A DNA stretch of 64,000 nt from Candidatus Bathyarchaeia archaeon. GTDB taxonomy: Archaea > Thermoproteota > Bathyarchaeia > Bathyarchaeales > Bathycorpusculaceae. The notes under the pieces are model-generated. The model ran no database searches. It was not told the origin of the DNA and saw only the letters and a list, made by a program, of their open reading frames with translations. Shown here in pieces: positions 18,058 to 26,386 of this stretch. Position numbers and translations under genes: made by a program. The stretch spans positions 151,150-215,149 of the forward strand of contig JBBFKZ010000001.1 in the NCBI GenBank assembly GCA_037481775.1, read 5' to 3'. Position 1 is the stretch's first letter. Each line of letters starts with the position of its first letter.

Positions 18058-18110
18058 ATAGCCCCCTCTATAGGTTTCTGCATTGAATTGCTAATATGCG
18101 CCAAATATGA
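18058..18110 (+). repeat. Copy 1 of a 52/53-nt intergenic element (second copy at 34112..34163)
   Basis: atagccccctctataggtttctgcattgaattgctaatatgcgccaaatatga. Identical to copy 2 except for one extra C in the C-run. Confidence 0.9.
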
Positions 18111-18239
18111 TGGTTTTCCTTTGTGATGTATCAAATCCTTTGTATGGTAAGTACGGATGTGGAAAGCTTGTTACGCTTTTCTTTTGGAAAATGCTTAATT
18201 AAGGGATGTGCTTATTCTGTGCAGACGGAAGTATAAGCG

Positions 18240-18608
18240 ATGAGTGATGATCTTTCAAAGTTACCGCCTCAAGTTCAAGAGCGCTTGCTGAGGCTACAGC
18301 AGTTGCAGCAAACTTTGCAGGCTGTTTTGGCGCAGAAGCAGCAGGTAGAGGCGGAGAAGAATGAGGTGGAGCAAACCTTAGCTGAATTGCAAAATATAGC
18401 GGACGATGCTGTGATTTACAAGGCTGCTGGCTCTATTTTGATAAAGGCGGATAAAGCTAAGGTAACTGAAGAGTTGGTTGAACGAAAAGAACTGTTGAAC
18501 ACGCGGAGCACTGTTCTCGCCCGCCAAGAAGAAAGATTACGTAGCCAAGTGAAGGAAACACAAGCAAAGCTTCAAGAAGACCTCAGTCCCGTTTCGCCAT
18601 CAGCGTAA
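18240..18608 (+). CDS. pfdB: Prefoldin beta subunit
   Basis: 122 aa. Two coiled-coil arms flank 'AVIYKAAGSILIKADKAKV'. N-terminal 'LPPQVQERLLRLQQLQQ'. Confidence 0.85.
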   Translation: MSDDLSKLPPQVQERLLRLQQLQQTLQAVLAQKQQVEAEKNEVEQTLAELQNIADDAVIYKAAGSILIKADKAKVTEELVERKELLNTRSTVLARQEERLRSQVKETQAKLQEDLSPVSPSA

Positions 18609-18620
18609 TAGTCTGCTAGG

Positions 18621-18926
18621 GTGGAACATGTGGACGAGCTGGGGTTTCCCGACTTAACCACCGAGCAAATTGAGGTGTTATGCTCTACAGCGGAGAATGC
18701 TGCCAGAAACTTTGTTCTCTCGAAGATGTCCGCCAAAATGGTGGAGAAATTGAACATAAGCGTGGAAGTTGAAGGAACAAAACCTGTGAATGTGACGGTT
18801 GAGATAGAGTTGGAGCTATCGCCGAAAATGAAGGAATTTGACGTTGAAAAACTGGTGAAAGATGCGGTTAAAGAGGCGCATAAAGCAAGTGAAAATTACC
18901 TGAGAAAACTAGCATGTCCATCCTAA
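18621..18926 (+). CDS. Small conserved archaeal hypothetical protein (DUF3194-like by recollection)
   Basis: 101 aa with a GTG start, immediately downstream of pfdB and overlapping the DHH gene by 13 nt. Confidence 0.45.
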   Translation: MEHVDELGFPDLTTEQIEVLCSTAENAARNFVLSKMSAKMVEKLNISVEVEGTKPVNVTVEIELELSPKMKEFDVEKLVKDAVKEAHKASENYLRKLACPS

Positions 18927-19912
18927 ACATATTAGCTATTCTAGACGAAGTTGATGCCAAATTCGTTCTTTTACTATGTCATCACAACGCAGATCCCGAC
19001 GCAATATGCTCAGCCTATGCTTTTCAAGGCTTATTATCAAAGGTAAAGCCGCACATTGCTGCTGAGATTGGCGCTGGACAGGGGATCAGCAGGCTTTCAA
19101 AGCACATCTTAAAGCGGCTGCCTATAACTGTGAACTTGAATCCAAATGTGGAGAAAGCTGATGCCATATTGCTATTAGACACTAATACAATTCAACAATT
19201 GGATTCTTTGTCTGAAAAAGTGGCGAGAATCAAGGTGCCTATAATCGTAATTGACCATCATGCAGCTCATCCTGAGACGGAGCGTGTGGCGAGGTTATGT
19301 GTAACAGACGAAAAAGCCTCTTCTACATGTGAAATAATTTACGATTTTTACAGGCAGCTCAACATTAAACCAGACTTAAATGCGGCTAAAGCGCTGTTTC
19401 TGGGGATAACCTTCGATACCCGCCACTTTGTTTTAGCTAATTCTGCAACCTTTAAAACTATAGCTGCACTCAGTGATATAGGCGTGAATCCTCAAGAGGA
19501 GCTGGCTGCGCTTGCTTTGCCAATGGACTTTTCTGAGCGCGTCGCGAGAATAAAAGCGTGTAGAAGAGCCAAGCTAGTTAAGATGGAAAGCTGGATAATT
19601 GCTTTTTCGCATGTTAGTGCATATCAAGCTTCAGCCGCAAGAGCATTAGTTGACTTGGGTGCGCATTTGGCAGCAGTGGCGGGGCAAAAAAATGATAAGA
19701 TTGAGATTAGTCTACGCTGCACCAGCGAATTTCATCAAGCGACTGGCATCCACTTAGGAAGAGACATAGCCAAACCCTTAGGCGAGTATCTCCAAGGGAT
19801 GGGTGGCGGACACGCTACGGCTGCGGGGGTTAATGGCATAGGATCCATAGAAAAAGGGCTTAAGCGTTGCTTGCGATTGGTGAAAGAAAAACTTGTTGTC
19901 ACTAATCATTAA
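18914..19912 (+). CDS. DHH/DHHA1 family phosphoesterase (NrnA/RecJ-like)
   Basis: 332 aa. 'HHNADPDAICSA', 'VIDHH' and 'GGGHATAAG' motifs. Confidence 0.8.
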   Translation: MSILNILAILDEVDAKFVLLLCHHNADPDAICSAYAFQGLLSKVKPHIAAEIGAGQGISRLSKHILKRLPITVNLNPNVEKADAILLLDTNTIQQLDSLSEKVARIKVPIIVIDHHAAHPETERVARLCVTDEKASSTCEIIYDFYRQLNIKPDLNAAKALFLGITFDTRHFVLANSATFKTIAALSDIGVNPQEELAALALPMDFSERVARIKACRRAKLVKMESWIIAFSHVSAYQASAARALVDLGAHLAAVAGQKNDKIEISLRCTSEFHQATGIHLGRDIAKPLGEYLQGMGGGHATAAGVNGIGSIEKGLKRCLRLVKEKLVVTNH

Positions 19913-19968
19913 TGGGTAGCTACTCTTAAATGTGGCGACTAAGCGTAACATAGGCGGGCACAGCGACC

Positions 19969-20823
19969 ATGTCCATAATAGAAACAAAAAACCTCACATA
20001 CATTTATCCCGGCGCAACATATCCCTCAATTAGCGATGTGTCAATAAAAGTAGAGAAGGGCGAATTCGTTCTAATTACTGGGCCCAGCGGCTGCGGAAAG
20101 ACAACATTGTGCCGATGTTTTAACGGGCTTATCCCACATTTTTACCAAGGCGAATTAAAAGGCGAAATAACCGTGGCCGGGTTGGATCCCACTAAGCATC
20201 ATACACACGAAATGGCAAAGAGCGTGGGCATGGTTTTTCAAAACCCGGAAAATCAGCTTTTTGCCTTATCCATAGAGAAGGATGTAGCGTTCGGACTGGA
20301 AAATCTAGGTGTACCCAGAGAAGAAATACGGAAAAGGGTAGATTGGGCGCTCATGCAAACGGGCATTTACGACCTACGTGAAAGGTCACCGCATGAAGTT
20401 TCGGGTGGTCAGCAGCAACGCGTTGCTATCGCCGCTGTCCTCGCCATGCAGCCCGAAATAATAGTTTTAGATGAACCGACCTCTTTCCTAGACCCGTTGA
20501 GTGCAGAGAGAATATTTGAAGTGATACATGAACTTAACAAGAAACTTGGAATAACCGTGGTGCTGGTGGAGCATCGGCTTGATTTAACCGCTAAATACGC
20601 CGATCACATAATAATAATGGACGATGGCAAGGTATGCTTCGACGGCGCGCCCAGAGAAATTCTAAGCACCGAAGAAACACGCCTAATCGGTGTAGGTATC
20701 CCGAAAGCCACGCTTCTTTACAATTTGCTTAGGAAGGAAGGCATAAAACTGAGCGATATTACGCCGTTGTCTTCGGAAGAACTGGCAACACTGCTGTTGG
20801 AGGCTCTGAAGCCACATGATTGA
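19969..20823 (+). CDS. ecfA1: ECF transporter ATPase component
   Basis: Walker A 'GPSGCGKTT', signature 'VSGGQQQRV', Walker B 'IIVLDEPTS'. Confidence 0.85.
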   Translation: MSIIETKNLTYIYPGATYPSISDVSIKVEKGEFVLITGPSGCGKTTLCRCFNGLIPHFYQGELKGEITVAGLDPTKHHTHEMAKSVGMVFQNPENQLFALSIEKDVAFGLENLGVPREEIRKRVDWALMQTGIYDLRERSPHEVSGGQQQRVAIAAVLAMQPEIIVLDEPTSFLDPLSAERIFEVIHELNKKLGITVVLVEHRLDLTAKYADHIIIMDDGKVCFDGAPREILSTEETRLIGVGIPKATLLYNLLRKEGIKLSDITPLSSEELATLLLEALKPHD

Positions 20824-21640
20824 AGCTGAAAATGTTCACTTTGTTTACCCCAACGGTGTGGAAGCCTTAAAGGGCGTTTCGCTGGTTATCAGGGAAGGCG
20901 AGTTTGTGGCTATAATGGGCCAGAACGGCGCTGGAAAAACAACACTGATCAAGCATTTTAACGGCTTGCTGAAGCCGACAAAAGGATCAGTGCGGGTAAA
21001 CGGCGTGGAAACTACCAAAACCAGTGTTGCTTCCCTTGCGCGAAACGTTGGTTTTGTGTTTCAAAATCCTGATCATCAGCTTTTCAGCGAAACAGTCGAG
21101 GAAGAAATAGCTTTTGCATTGAAAAACTTTGGATTCGAAGCCGACGTGATAGAAAAGCGCATCAGTTGGGCTTTGAATCTTCTGGGGTTAGAGCAGTACC
21201 GTAAAACTTCACCTTTTCTGCTAAGCGGCGGCGAGCGAAAAAGAGTTGCGTTAGCCTCTGTTCTGGCTTGGGATCCGCAAACGCTGGTTTTAGACGAGCC
21301 AACGATAGGGCAGGACTATCAACAGAAGGAAAAGCTCCGCCAGTTTATTATTCAAATGCAGACACAAGGCAAAACAGTTATTATAGTTACACATGATGTA
21401 GAATTTGTGGCTGAGTGCAACCCGCGAGTAGTGTTGATGAAGGAAGGAAGAATTGTCGCTGATGGCGAAGGTAAAGGAATACTCACCAACCCTGAAGTTT
21501 TAGCTCAGTCATCTGTTGTTCTGCCGCAGATAACTCAAATTTTCATGAAACTGACGCCGCTGGGTCTTTCGAAAGACGTCATAGACCTCTACGAAGCAAA
21601 GGAAATATTACTCAAGTGCTGGAAGGGAGGTAAGAAATGA
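20816..21640 (+). CDS. ecfA2: ECF transporter ATPase component
   Basis: Walker A 'GQNGAGKTT', signature 'LSGGERKRV', Walker B 'LVLDEPT'. Overlaps the upstream ATPase gene by 8 nt. Confidence 0.85.
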   Translation: MIEAENVHFVYPNGVEALKGVSLVIREGEFVAIMGQNGAGKTTLIKHFNGLLKPTKGSVRVNGVETTKTSVASLARNVGFVFQNPDHQLFSETVEEEIAFALKNFGFEADVIEKRISWALNLLGLEQYRKTSPFLLSGGERKRVALASVLAWDPQTLVLDEPTIGQDYQQKEKLRQFIIQMQTQGKTVIIVTHDVEFVAECNPRVVLMKEGRIVADGEGKGILTNPEVLAQSSVVLPQITQIFMKLTPLGLSKDVIDLYEAKEILLKCWKGGKK

Positions 21641-22425
21641 GCTTTTTTGACGGCTTAAAATTCCGCAAAGTCTACTCGCCAATTCACAATTTAGATCCAA
21701 GAATGAAGTTCATATATGTCTGCTCGGTGTTTGTAGCGGCGATTCTCTTCAGCGAAATTATTCCATTATCCATTCTTTTCTTGATGCAAATACCCTTTGT
21801 TCTATTGGCGGGCGTCCCAAAGGAGTGGCTCCGTTCGCTTCGCGGCGCCGTCTTTCTAGCCGCATTCATTTTCCTAATTAATATAGCAACCAGCTTTTTC
21901 ACTTCAGGCTACATGCTGACAGCAGCCAATGTGGAAAATGCTGCTGCCTTGACCCTGCGCTTTATAGTGCTCGTGGAAGCCTTCTCGGTTTTCTTTTTGA
22001 CAACCTCTCCAGACCATCTGGGTTTGGCGTTAGAGCAGAGCCATGTGCCCTACGAGTTCGCTTTTGCCTTCACAACTGCAGTGCGTTTTGTTCCTGTTTT
22101 GGCAGAAGAAGCTCATACGATAATGGATGCGCAAAAGGCGCGAGGGTTGGAGTTGGAGAAAGGTAGTTTCATGAAGAGGATTAGAAACTACATTCCAATT
22201 CTCATCCCGCTAATAGTCAGCGCTATCCGGCGAAGCCTCGAGTTGGCTGAAGCTATGGAGTCACGTGCTTGGGGCGCCGCGAAAAAACGCACAAACTTGT
22301 ACGCGTTAAAGCTGCACAGAGGCGATTTTGCTTTATTGACGATAACACTCGCGGTTTTGGCGATTGCGGTTTATGCTAGGCTTTATGTGCCTGTGCCAAC
22401 GTTAACTCAACTAATTGGAGTTTGA
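21637..22425 (+). CDS. ecfT: ECF transporter transmembrane (T) component, CbiQ family
   Basis: 262 aa and polytopic. 'AEEAHTIMDAQKARG' ARG-type coupling-helix motif. 4-nt overlap with ecfA2. No S component in the window. Confidence 0.8.
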   Translation: MSFFDGLKFRKVYSPIHNLDPRMKFIYVCSVFVAAILFSEIIPLSILFLMQIPFVLLAGVPKEWLRSLRGAVFLAAFIFLINIATSFFTSGYMLTAANVENAAALTLRFIVLVEAFSVFFLTTSPDHLGLALEQSHVPYEFAFAFTTAVRFVPVLAEEAHTIMDAQKARGLELEKGSFMKRIRNYIPILIPLIVSAIRRSLELAEAMESRAWGAAKKRTNLYALKLHRGDFALLTITLAVLAIAVYARLYVPVPTLTQLIGV

Positions 22426-22529
22426 GCACCACTAATTTGGAGATTTTTCCTGGTTAGCTTTTAGCTGTTTTTGGTGAATTCCAGTTCATATTAACTATAC
22501 ATATAGCTTATTAATACTTACGACACACC

Positions 22530-22537
22530 ATATTTTT
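22530..22537 (+). promoter_or_regulatory. TATA-like box upstream of ATG 22563 (pilus locus promoter candidate)
   Basis: ATATTTTT centred about 29 nt upstream of ATG 22563. This spacing is typical of archaeal promoters driving leaderless or short-leader mRNAs. Confidence 0.3.
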
Positions 22538-22704
22538 CAAGAAACATCCGACACTCTAACCCATGGAGGGCAAAACCCACGAAGAAACAACAAGACCCAA
22601 AAACAGTAGACACTCTGGATCAGCCGCAAGCACCAGCAATAATCAGCGGTGCACCTACAAAACCTGCAGTTTTCCAAGAAGTCTACGCCCTCCAAGAGCC
22701 ATAC

Positions 22705-24141
22705 GTGTACGCGGCAATTGTCCGAGAAAAAGAAACCCAAAAGCTGCGCTACGAAGTTATAGAGCCTACTCTCCAACCAAACGAGGAAAAGTATCTTCGT
22801 GAAATAAAGAATTTTCTGATGGATGAAGTAGACGTAAACTTGAAAGAAATTGAAAACAAAGACAAAGCAGAAAACTTTCTAAGACAAAAAATCCGGGGGA
22901 TCATAAAAAAGTACCGCATGAAAATCCCAGCAGAAGCGGTTGACAAACTCACCTATTACATAATAAGAGATTCCTTAGGCTACGGAAAAATTGACCCATT
23001 AATGAAAGATCCTTTAATTGAAGATATCTCTGCAGACGGCACAAACATTCCGCTCTACGTGTGGCATCGCTTCTACGAGTCGCTGCCAACAAACATAATG
23101 TTCACAAACGTCGCTGAACTGGATGCCTTCATAATTCGCCTTGCATATCTAGCTGGCAAAAGCATTTCTCTAGCTACACCAATTCTTGACGCGACTCTTC
23201 CAGAAGGAAGCCGCATACAGCTCACCTACGGCAGCGAGGTCACCCGAAGAGGCTCAACCTTTACTATAAGGCGCTTCAAAGCGGATCCGCTGACAATCTC
23301 GGATCTCATAGCTTTCAACACCCTTTCCTCGGAGATGGCTGCTTACCTGTGGTTCATCATAGAGAACCGAGCTTCAGTCTTGGTGGCAGGCGGGGTAGCC
23401 AGCGGCAAGACCACTCTGCTCAACTGCCTATCCATGTTCATAAAACCTGAAATGAAAATTGTAAGTGTCGAAGACACTCAGGAGCTTAATCTCCCACATG
23501 AAAACTGGATACCCTCCGTAGTGCGCACTGGCTTCAAAGGTGATGACAAGCAAAGCGGCGACATCACCCTCTTCGACTTGCTGAAGGCGGCGGTTCGGCA
23601 GAGGCCTGACTACATTATTGTCGGTGAAGTGCGTGGTGAAGAAGCCTACACGCTGTTCCAAGCCATGGCCACAGGGCACTTGGGCATGTCCACCATTCAT
23701 GCTGAATCAGTCGACGCCGTAATTAAGAGGCTTGAATCCGAGCCGATGAATATTCCTAAGTCGCTTATTGCGATGACTAACGTCATTTTAGTTATGGAAA
23801 GAACCGAAGTTAAAGGGAGACCTGCAAGGCGAGTGAGCGTTGCATCTGAAGTAAAAGGAATTAATGCAGAGACAGATGAGATTCTAACTGAAAATGTGTT
23901 CCGCTGGAGCCCTCAGTTTGACAAGTTCACTTCAGGCGACAGCGTCCTCTTGGAGAAGCACATGAAGAAGCTGGGTTTAACCGAGGAAGATATACAACGT
24001 GAATTTAAAGCTAGGAAGACTGTTCTGGAGTGGATGGTAAAGGAGGGGATCCGACACTACAGTGACGTGGCCAAAGTGATCAGAGAATACTATGCTAACC
24101 CGAACCGTGTCTTCCAAAAGGCGAGAGTGGGGTTCAAATGA
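22705..24141 (+). CDS. Type IV filament secretion ATPase (archaeal FlaI/PilB/TadA family); N-terminus probably out of frame upstream
   Basis: Walker A 'GGVASGKTTLLN', 'DYIIVGEVRGEEA', 'TGHLGMSTIHA'. The intact ORF starts at GTG 22705. The same frame is open back to 22507 and encodes 'AVFQEVYALQEPYV' with no start codon. ATG 22563 lies in another frame. Confidence 0.85.
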   Translation: MYAAIVREKETQKLRYEVIEPTLQPNEEKYLREIKNFLMDEVDVNLKEIENKDKAENFLRQKIRGIIKKYRMKIPAEAVDKLTYYIIRDSLGYGKIDPLMKDPLIEDISADGTNIPLYVWHRFYESLPTNIMFTNVAELDAFIIRLAYLAGKSISLATPILDATLPEGSRIQLTYGSEVTRRGSTFTIRRFKADPLTISDLIAFNTLSSEMAAYLWFIIENRASVLVAGGVASGKTTLLNCLSMFIKPEMKIVSVEDTQELNLPHENWIPSVVRTGFKGDDKQSGDITLFDLLKAAVRQRPDYIIVGEVRGEEAYTLFQAMATGHLGMSTIHAESVDAVIKRLESEPMNIPKSLIAMTNVILVMERTEVKGRPARRVSVASEVKGINAETDEILTENVFRWSPQFDKFTSGDSVLLEKHMKKLGLTEEDIQREFKARKTVLEWMVKEGIRHYSDVAKVIREYYANPNRVFQKARVGFK

Positions 24142-25133
24142 GAAAAAAGCTCATGAAGAAACTCGCTACTGCCAAGGAACATTTAGCAGCGCTTAAAGGG
24201 TTAGATGAAAGTTCAAAACAAACACAAAAATCACTCTTGAAAGAACCTGTTGGGTTTTTGGAAAAGCCGTTATCTATAGCTTATCAGCTAATGGGCAGTA
24301 AAGCTGAGCGGTTTATGCCCCTATTCAAAGATTTAGACCAAACATTGCAAAAAGCAGGCTTAAAAATTAACTTCAAAGCATATATAAGCTTAACAATTTT
24401 ATCGTCGCTATTGATCGCCTTGGCAGTAGCGGCAGTGTTGCCTCTATTGTTATTTTCTATTTGCGCCGTGCCAATAAGCTCAGCGCTCTTATTCGGTTTA
24501 GGCGGCGGTCTACTCGCATGTTTTCTCTCGATTATTGGTTTTTACCTCTATCCAGTTTATCATGCGGATAAGCATAAACGAGAATTGGATGACGAGTTGC
24601 CCTTTACGACTGGCTACATGGCTATCCTGTCAAGTGCAGCTGTTCCTCCTGAAAAAATTTTTTATTCGCTCTCAAACTTGAATGTGCCTTTAGCTGTTTC
24701 CGCAGAAGCCAAAGAAGTTGCAAAAGGCATCAACTTGTTCGGTTTAGACGTGATATCCGCCTTAGAAAGGGTGTCAAAACGCACACCTTCTGAAAAACTG
24801 CGAGGCATCATAGAGGGAATAATATCTACAATACACACGGGCGGCAACTTAAGTGCGTTTCTGAGAGGAAAATTTAAGGTCGCAATGAACCTGAAAAAAG
24901 TGGGACTCAAAAAGTACGCCGACAATTTGGCAATTCTGTCGGAAATTTATGTAGCCTTACTCTTGACTGGCCCGTTGCTTCTAGTCATTATGGTGTCGGT
25001 TATGTCGGTGATGGGCGGCAGCATAGGCTTACTCAGCCCCGACATGCTACTGGGGCTTTTAACTTATTTGGTGATTCCAGTTTGCGCTGTCGTATTCCTC
25101 CTAATCTTGGACTCAACTTCGCCAAAATGGTAG
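24138..25133 (+). CDS. Type IV filament platform protein, N-terminal half (T2SSF domain; FlaJ/TadB-C-like)
   Basis: 331 aa and polytopic. Cytoplasmic T2SSF-like segment 'LPFTTGYMAILSSAAVPPEKIFYSL...GGNLSAFL'. 4-nt overlap with the ATPase gene. Ends at TAG 25131..25133, in frame with the next ORF. Confidence 0.75.
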   Translation: MRKKLMKKLATAKEHLAALKGLDESSKQTQKSLLKEPVGFLEKPLSIAYQLMGSKAERFMPLFKDLDQTLQKAGLKINFKAYISLTILSSLLIALAVAAVLPLLLFSICAVPISSALLFGLGGGLLACFLSIIGFYLYPVYHADKHKRELDDELPFTTGYMAILSSAAVPPEKIFYSLSNLNVPLAVSAEAKEVAKGINLFGLDVISALERVSKRTPSEKLRGIIEGIISTIHTGGNLSAFLRGKFKVAMNLKKVGLKKYADNLAILSEIYVALLLTGPLLLVIMVSVMSVMGGSIGLLSPDMLLGLLTYLVIPVCAVVFLLILDSTSPKW

Positions 25134-25139
25134 ATAAAA

Positions 25140-25955
25140 ATGCCCAAGATAGAGCGTAAAACGAAAAAACTTGCGATCATGATTTCAGCTCTGATAGCTA
25201 CCGCAATAGTCCTTGCTGGCTATTTCACTGTTGGCCTCAGCCCCGCGTTAGATGACTTCGTGTTTTTCGGTTTTCTCATCGTTATTTCGCCTATCGCGCT
25301 CTTGAATTATCTTGATTACAGGTGGAGAAAAGCTGTTGACGAGCGTTTGCCCGACTTATTCCGAAGCATAGTTCAAGCTCAAGAGACAGGCATGACACTT
25401 CACAGCGCTTTAGAAGAAGCAGCAAAAAGAGACTATGGTCCGCTAACTCCTGAACTGAAAAAGATGACTGCACAGATTTCTTGGGGTGCAAGTTTCGAGG
25501 AGGCACTTTCAGCCTTTGGAAAACGCGTGGGCACAGTGCTAACCCAGCGGACGGTACCCTTGATAATTGAAGCTAGCCGTTCAGGAGGGCAAGCAGAGAA
25601 AATTTTCGGGCCTATGGGCAAATTTATCCAGAGCACTCTTCTGCTTGAGAAAGAACGCAGAACGCAGACCCGCCCATACATAGCCATAATCTACGTGGCG
25701 CTTTTCGTGTTTCTATTCACGATAGTGATTCTTTTCAAAACCTTTTTCACAAATGTCGACGGCACAGCCTTGTTTTCCATGTCAACGGTTTCACTTATTA
25801 ATTTGCAGCGAATTTTCATGCATTTAACGATAATTCAAGGATTTTTCGGCGGTCTCGTGGCGGGCAAAATGGGTGAAGGCTCAATAACCGCTGGCTTAAA
25901 GCACAGTCTCATAATGATGCTGCTGGGCTATGTTGCATTGAATTTCTTTTTGTGA
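25140..25955 (+). CDS. Type IV filament platform protein, C-terminal half (T2SSF domain; FlaJ/TadC-like)
   Basis: 271 aa. 'LPDLFRSIVQAQETGMTLHSALEEAA...SWGASFEEALSAF...IIEASRSGG' T2SSF-like domain followed by TM helices. Confidence 0.75.
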   Translation: MPKIERKTKKLAIMISALIATAIVLAGYFTVGLSPALDDFVFFGFLIVISPIALLNYLDYRWRKAVDERLPDLFRSIVQAQETGMTLHSALEEAAKRDYGPLTPELKKMTAQISWGASFEEALSAFGKRVGTVLTQRTVPLIIEASRSGGQAEKIFGPMGKFIQSTLLLEKERRTQTRPYIAIIYVALFVFLFTIVILFKTFFTNVDGTALFSMSTVSLINLQRIFMHLTIIQGFFGGLVAGKMGEGSITAGLKHSLIMMLLGYVALNFFL

Positions 25956-26386
25956 GGATGAAGAAAATGGCTAAGGCAGCTAAACGGTTTTTGCAGGATA
26001 AGCGGGCCATAACACCCGTTCTCAGTCATCTCTTGCTCACAGTCGTGGCAGTGGCGGTTATGGCCATTGCCACTTCAGCCACGTTCGTGATAACCACCAA
26101 TCTCAGGGAGACTATGGGCGAACGCGTCTCAGTCGAAGACGTCTGGTTTAACAGTTCCACTGGTACAGTGAACGTTTACCTACGTAACGTGGGTAAAACT
26201 GCCATCCAAGTCGTGGCCGTTTACGTGAACCACGTAGGCAGCCCATTCAACTCGCCTTTTCGTTTAGAGCTAAATCAGCATGGTTGGCTAAGCGTTAATT
26301 GCACATGGAATCCTGGAGACACTTACTATATAGACGTAGTCACAACTAGGGGGACTCATGTTGCAGGTTATTACAAGGCGCCTTAA
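25952..26386 (+). CDS. Archaeal type IV pilin-like protein (class III signal peptide)
   Basis: Basic leader, then 'KRAITPVLSHLLLTVVAVAVMAIATSATFVI', then a small beta domain ('VNVYLRNVGKTAIQVVAVYVNH'). Start is ambiguous: GTG 25952, ATG 25958, or ATG 25967, which has GAGG 8 nt upstream. Confidence 0.7.
   Translation: MRMKKMAKAAKRFLQDKRAITPVLSHLLLTVVAVAVMAIATSATFVITTNLRETMGERVSVEDVWFNSSTGTVNVYLRNVGKTAIQVVAVYVNHVGSPFNSPFRLELNQHGWLSVNCTWNPGDTYYIDVVTTRGTHVAGYYKAP

Noticed and set aside
18100-18180. Possible C/D-box sRNA downstream of repeat copy 1 (ATGATGG at about 18107 and GTGATGT at about 18123 resemble C/C' boxes).
   Set aside because: There is no CTGA D or D' box at the required spacing and no terminal stem. 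The second repeat copy has different downstream sequence.
22563-22802. 79-aa Arg/Ser/Pro-rich ORF starting at ATG 22563, considered as an independent small basic protein.
   Set aside because: The composition is typical of an out-of-frame reading. The overlapping frame encodes the conserved ATPase N-terminal peptide. Only the ATG is likely to be genuine (see the frameshift finding).
25131-25133. Reading the in-frame TAG in the platform gene as pyrrolysine.
   Set aside because: The window contains no pylT or pylSBCD genes, no methylamine methyltransferase and no other in-frame TAG. There is also no positional rationale for pyrrolysine in a linker. This remains an untested possibility, not a claim.
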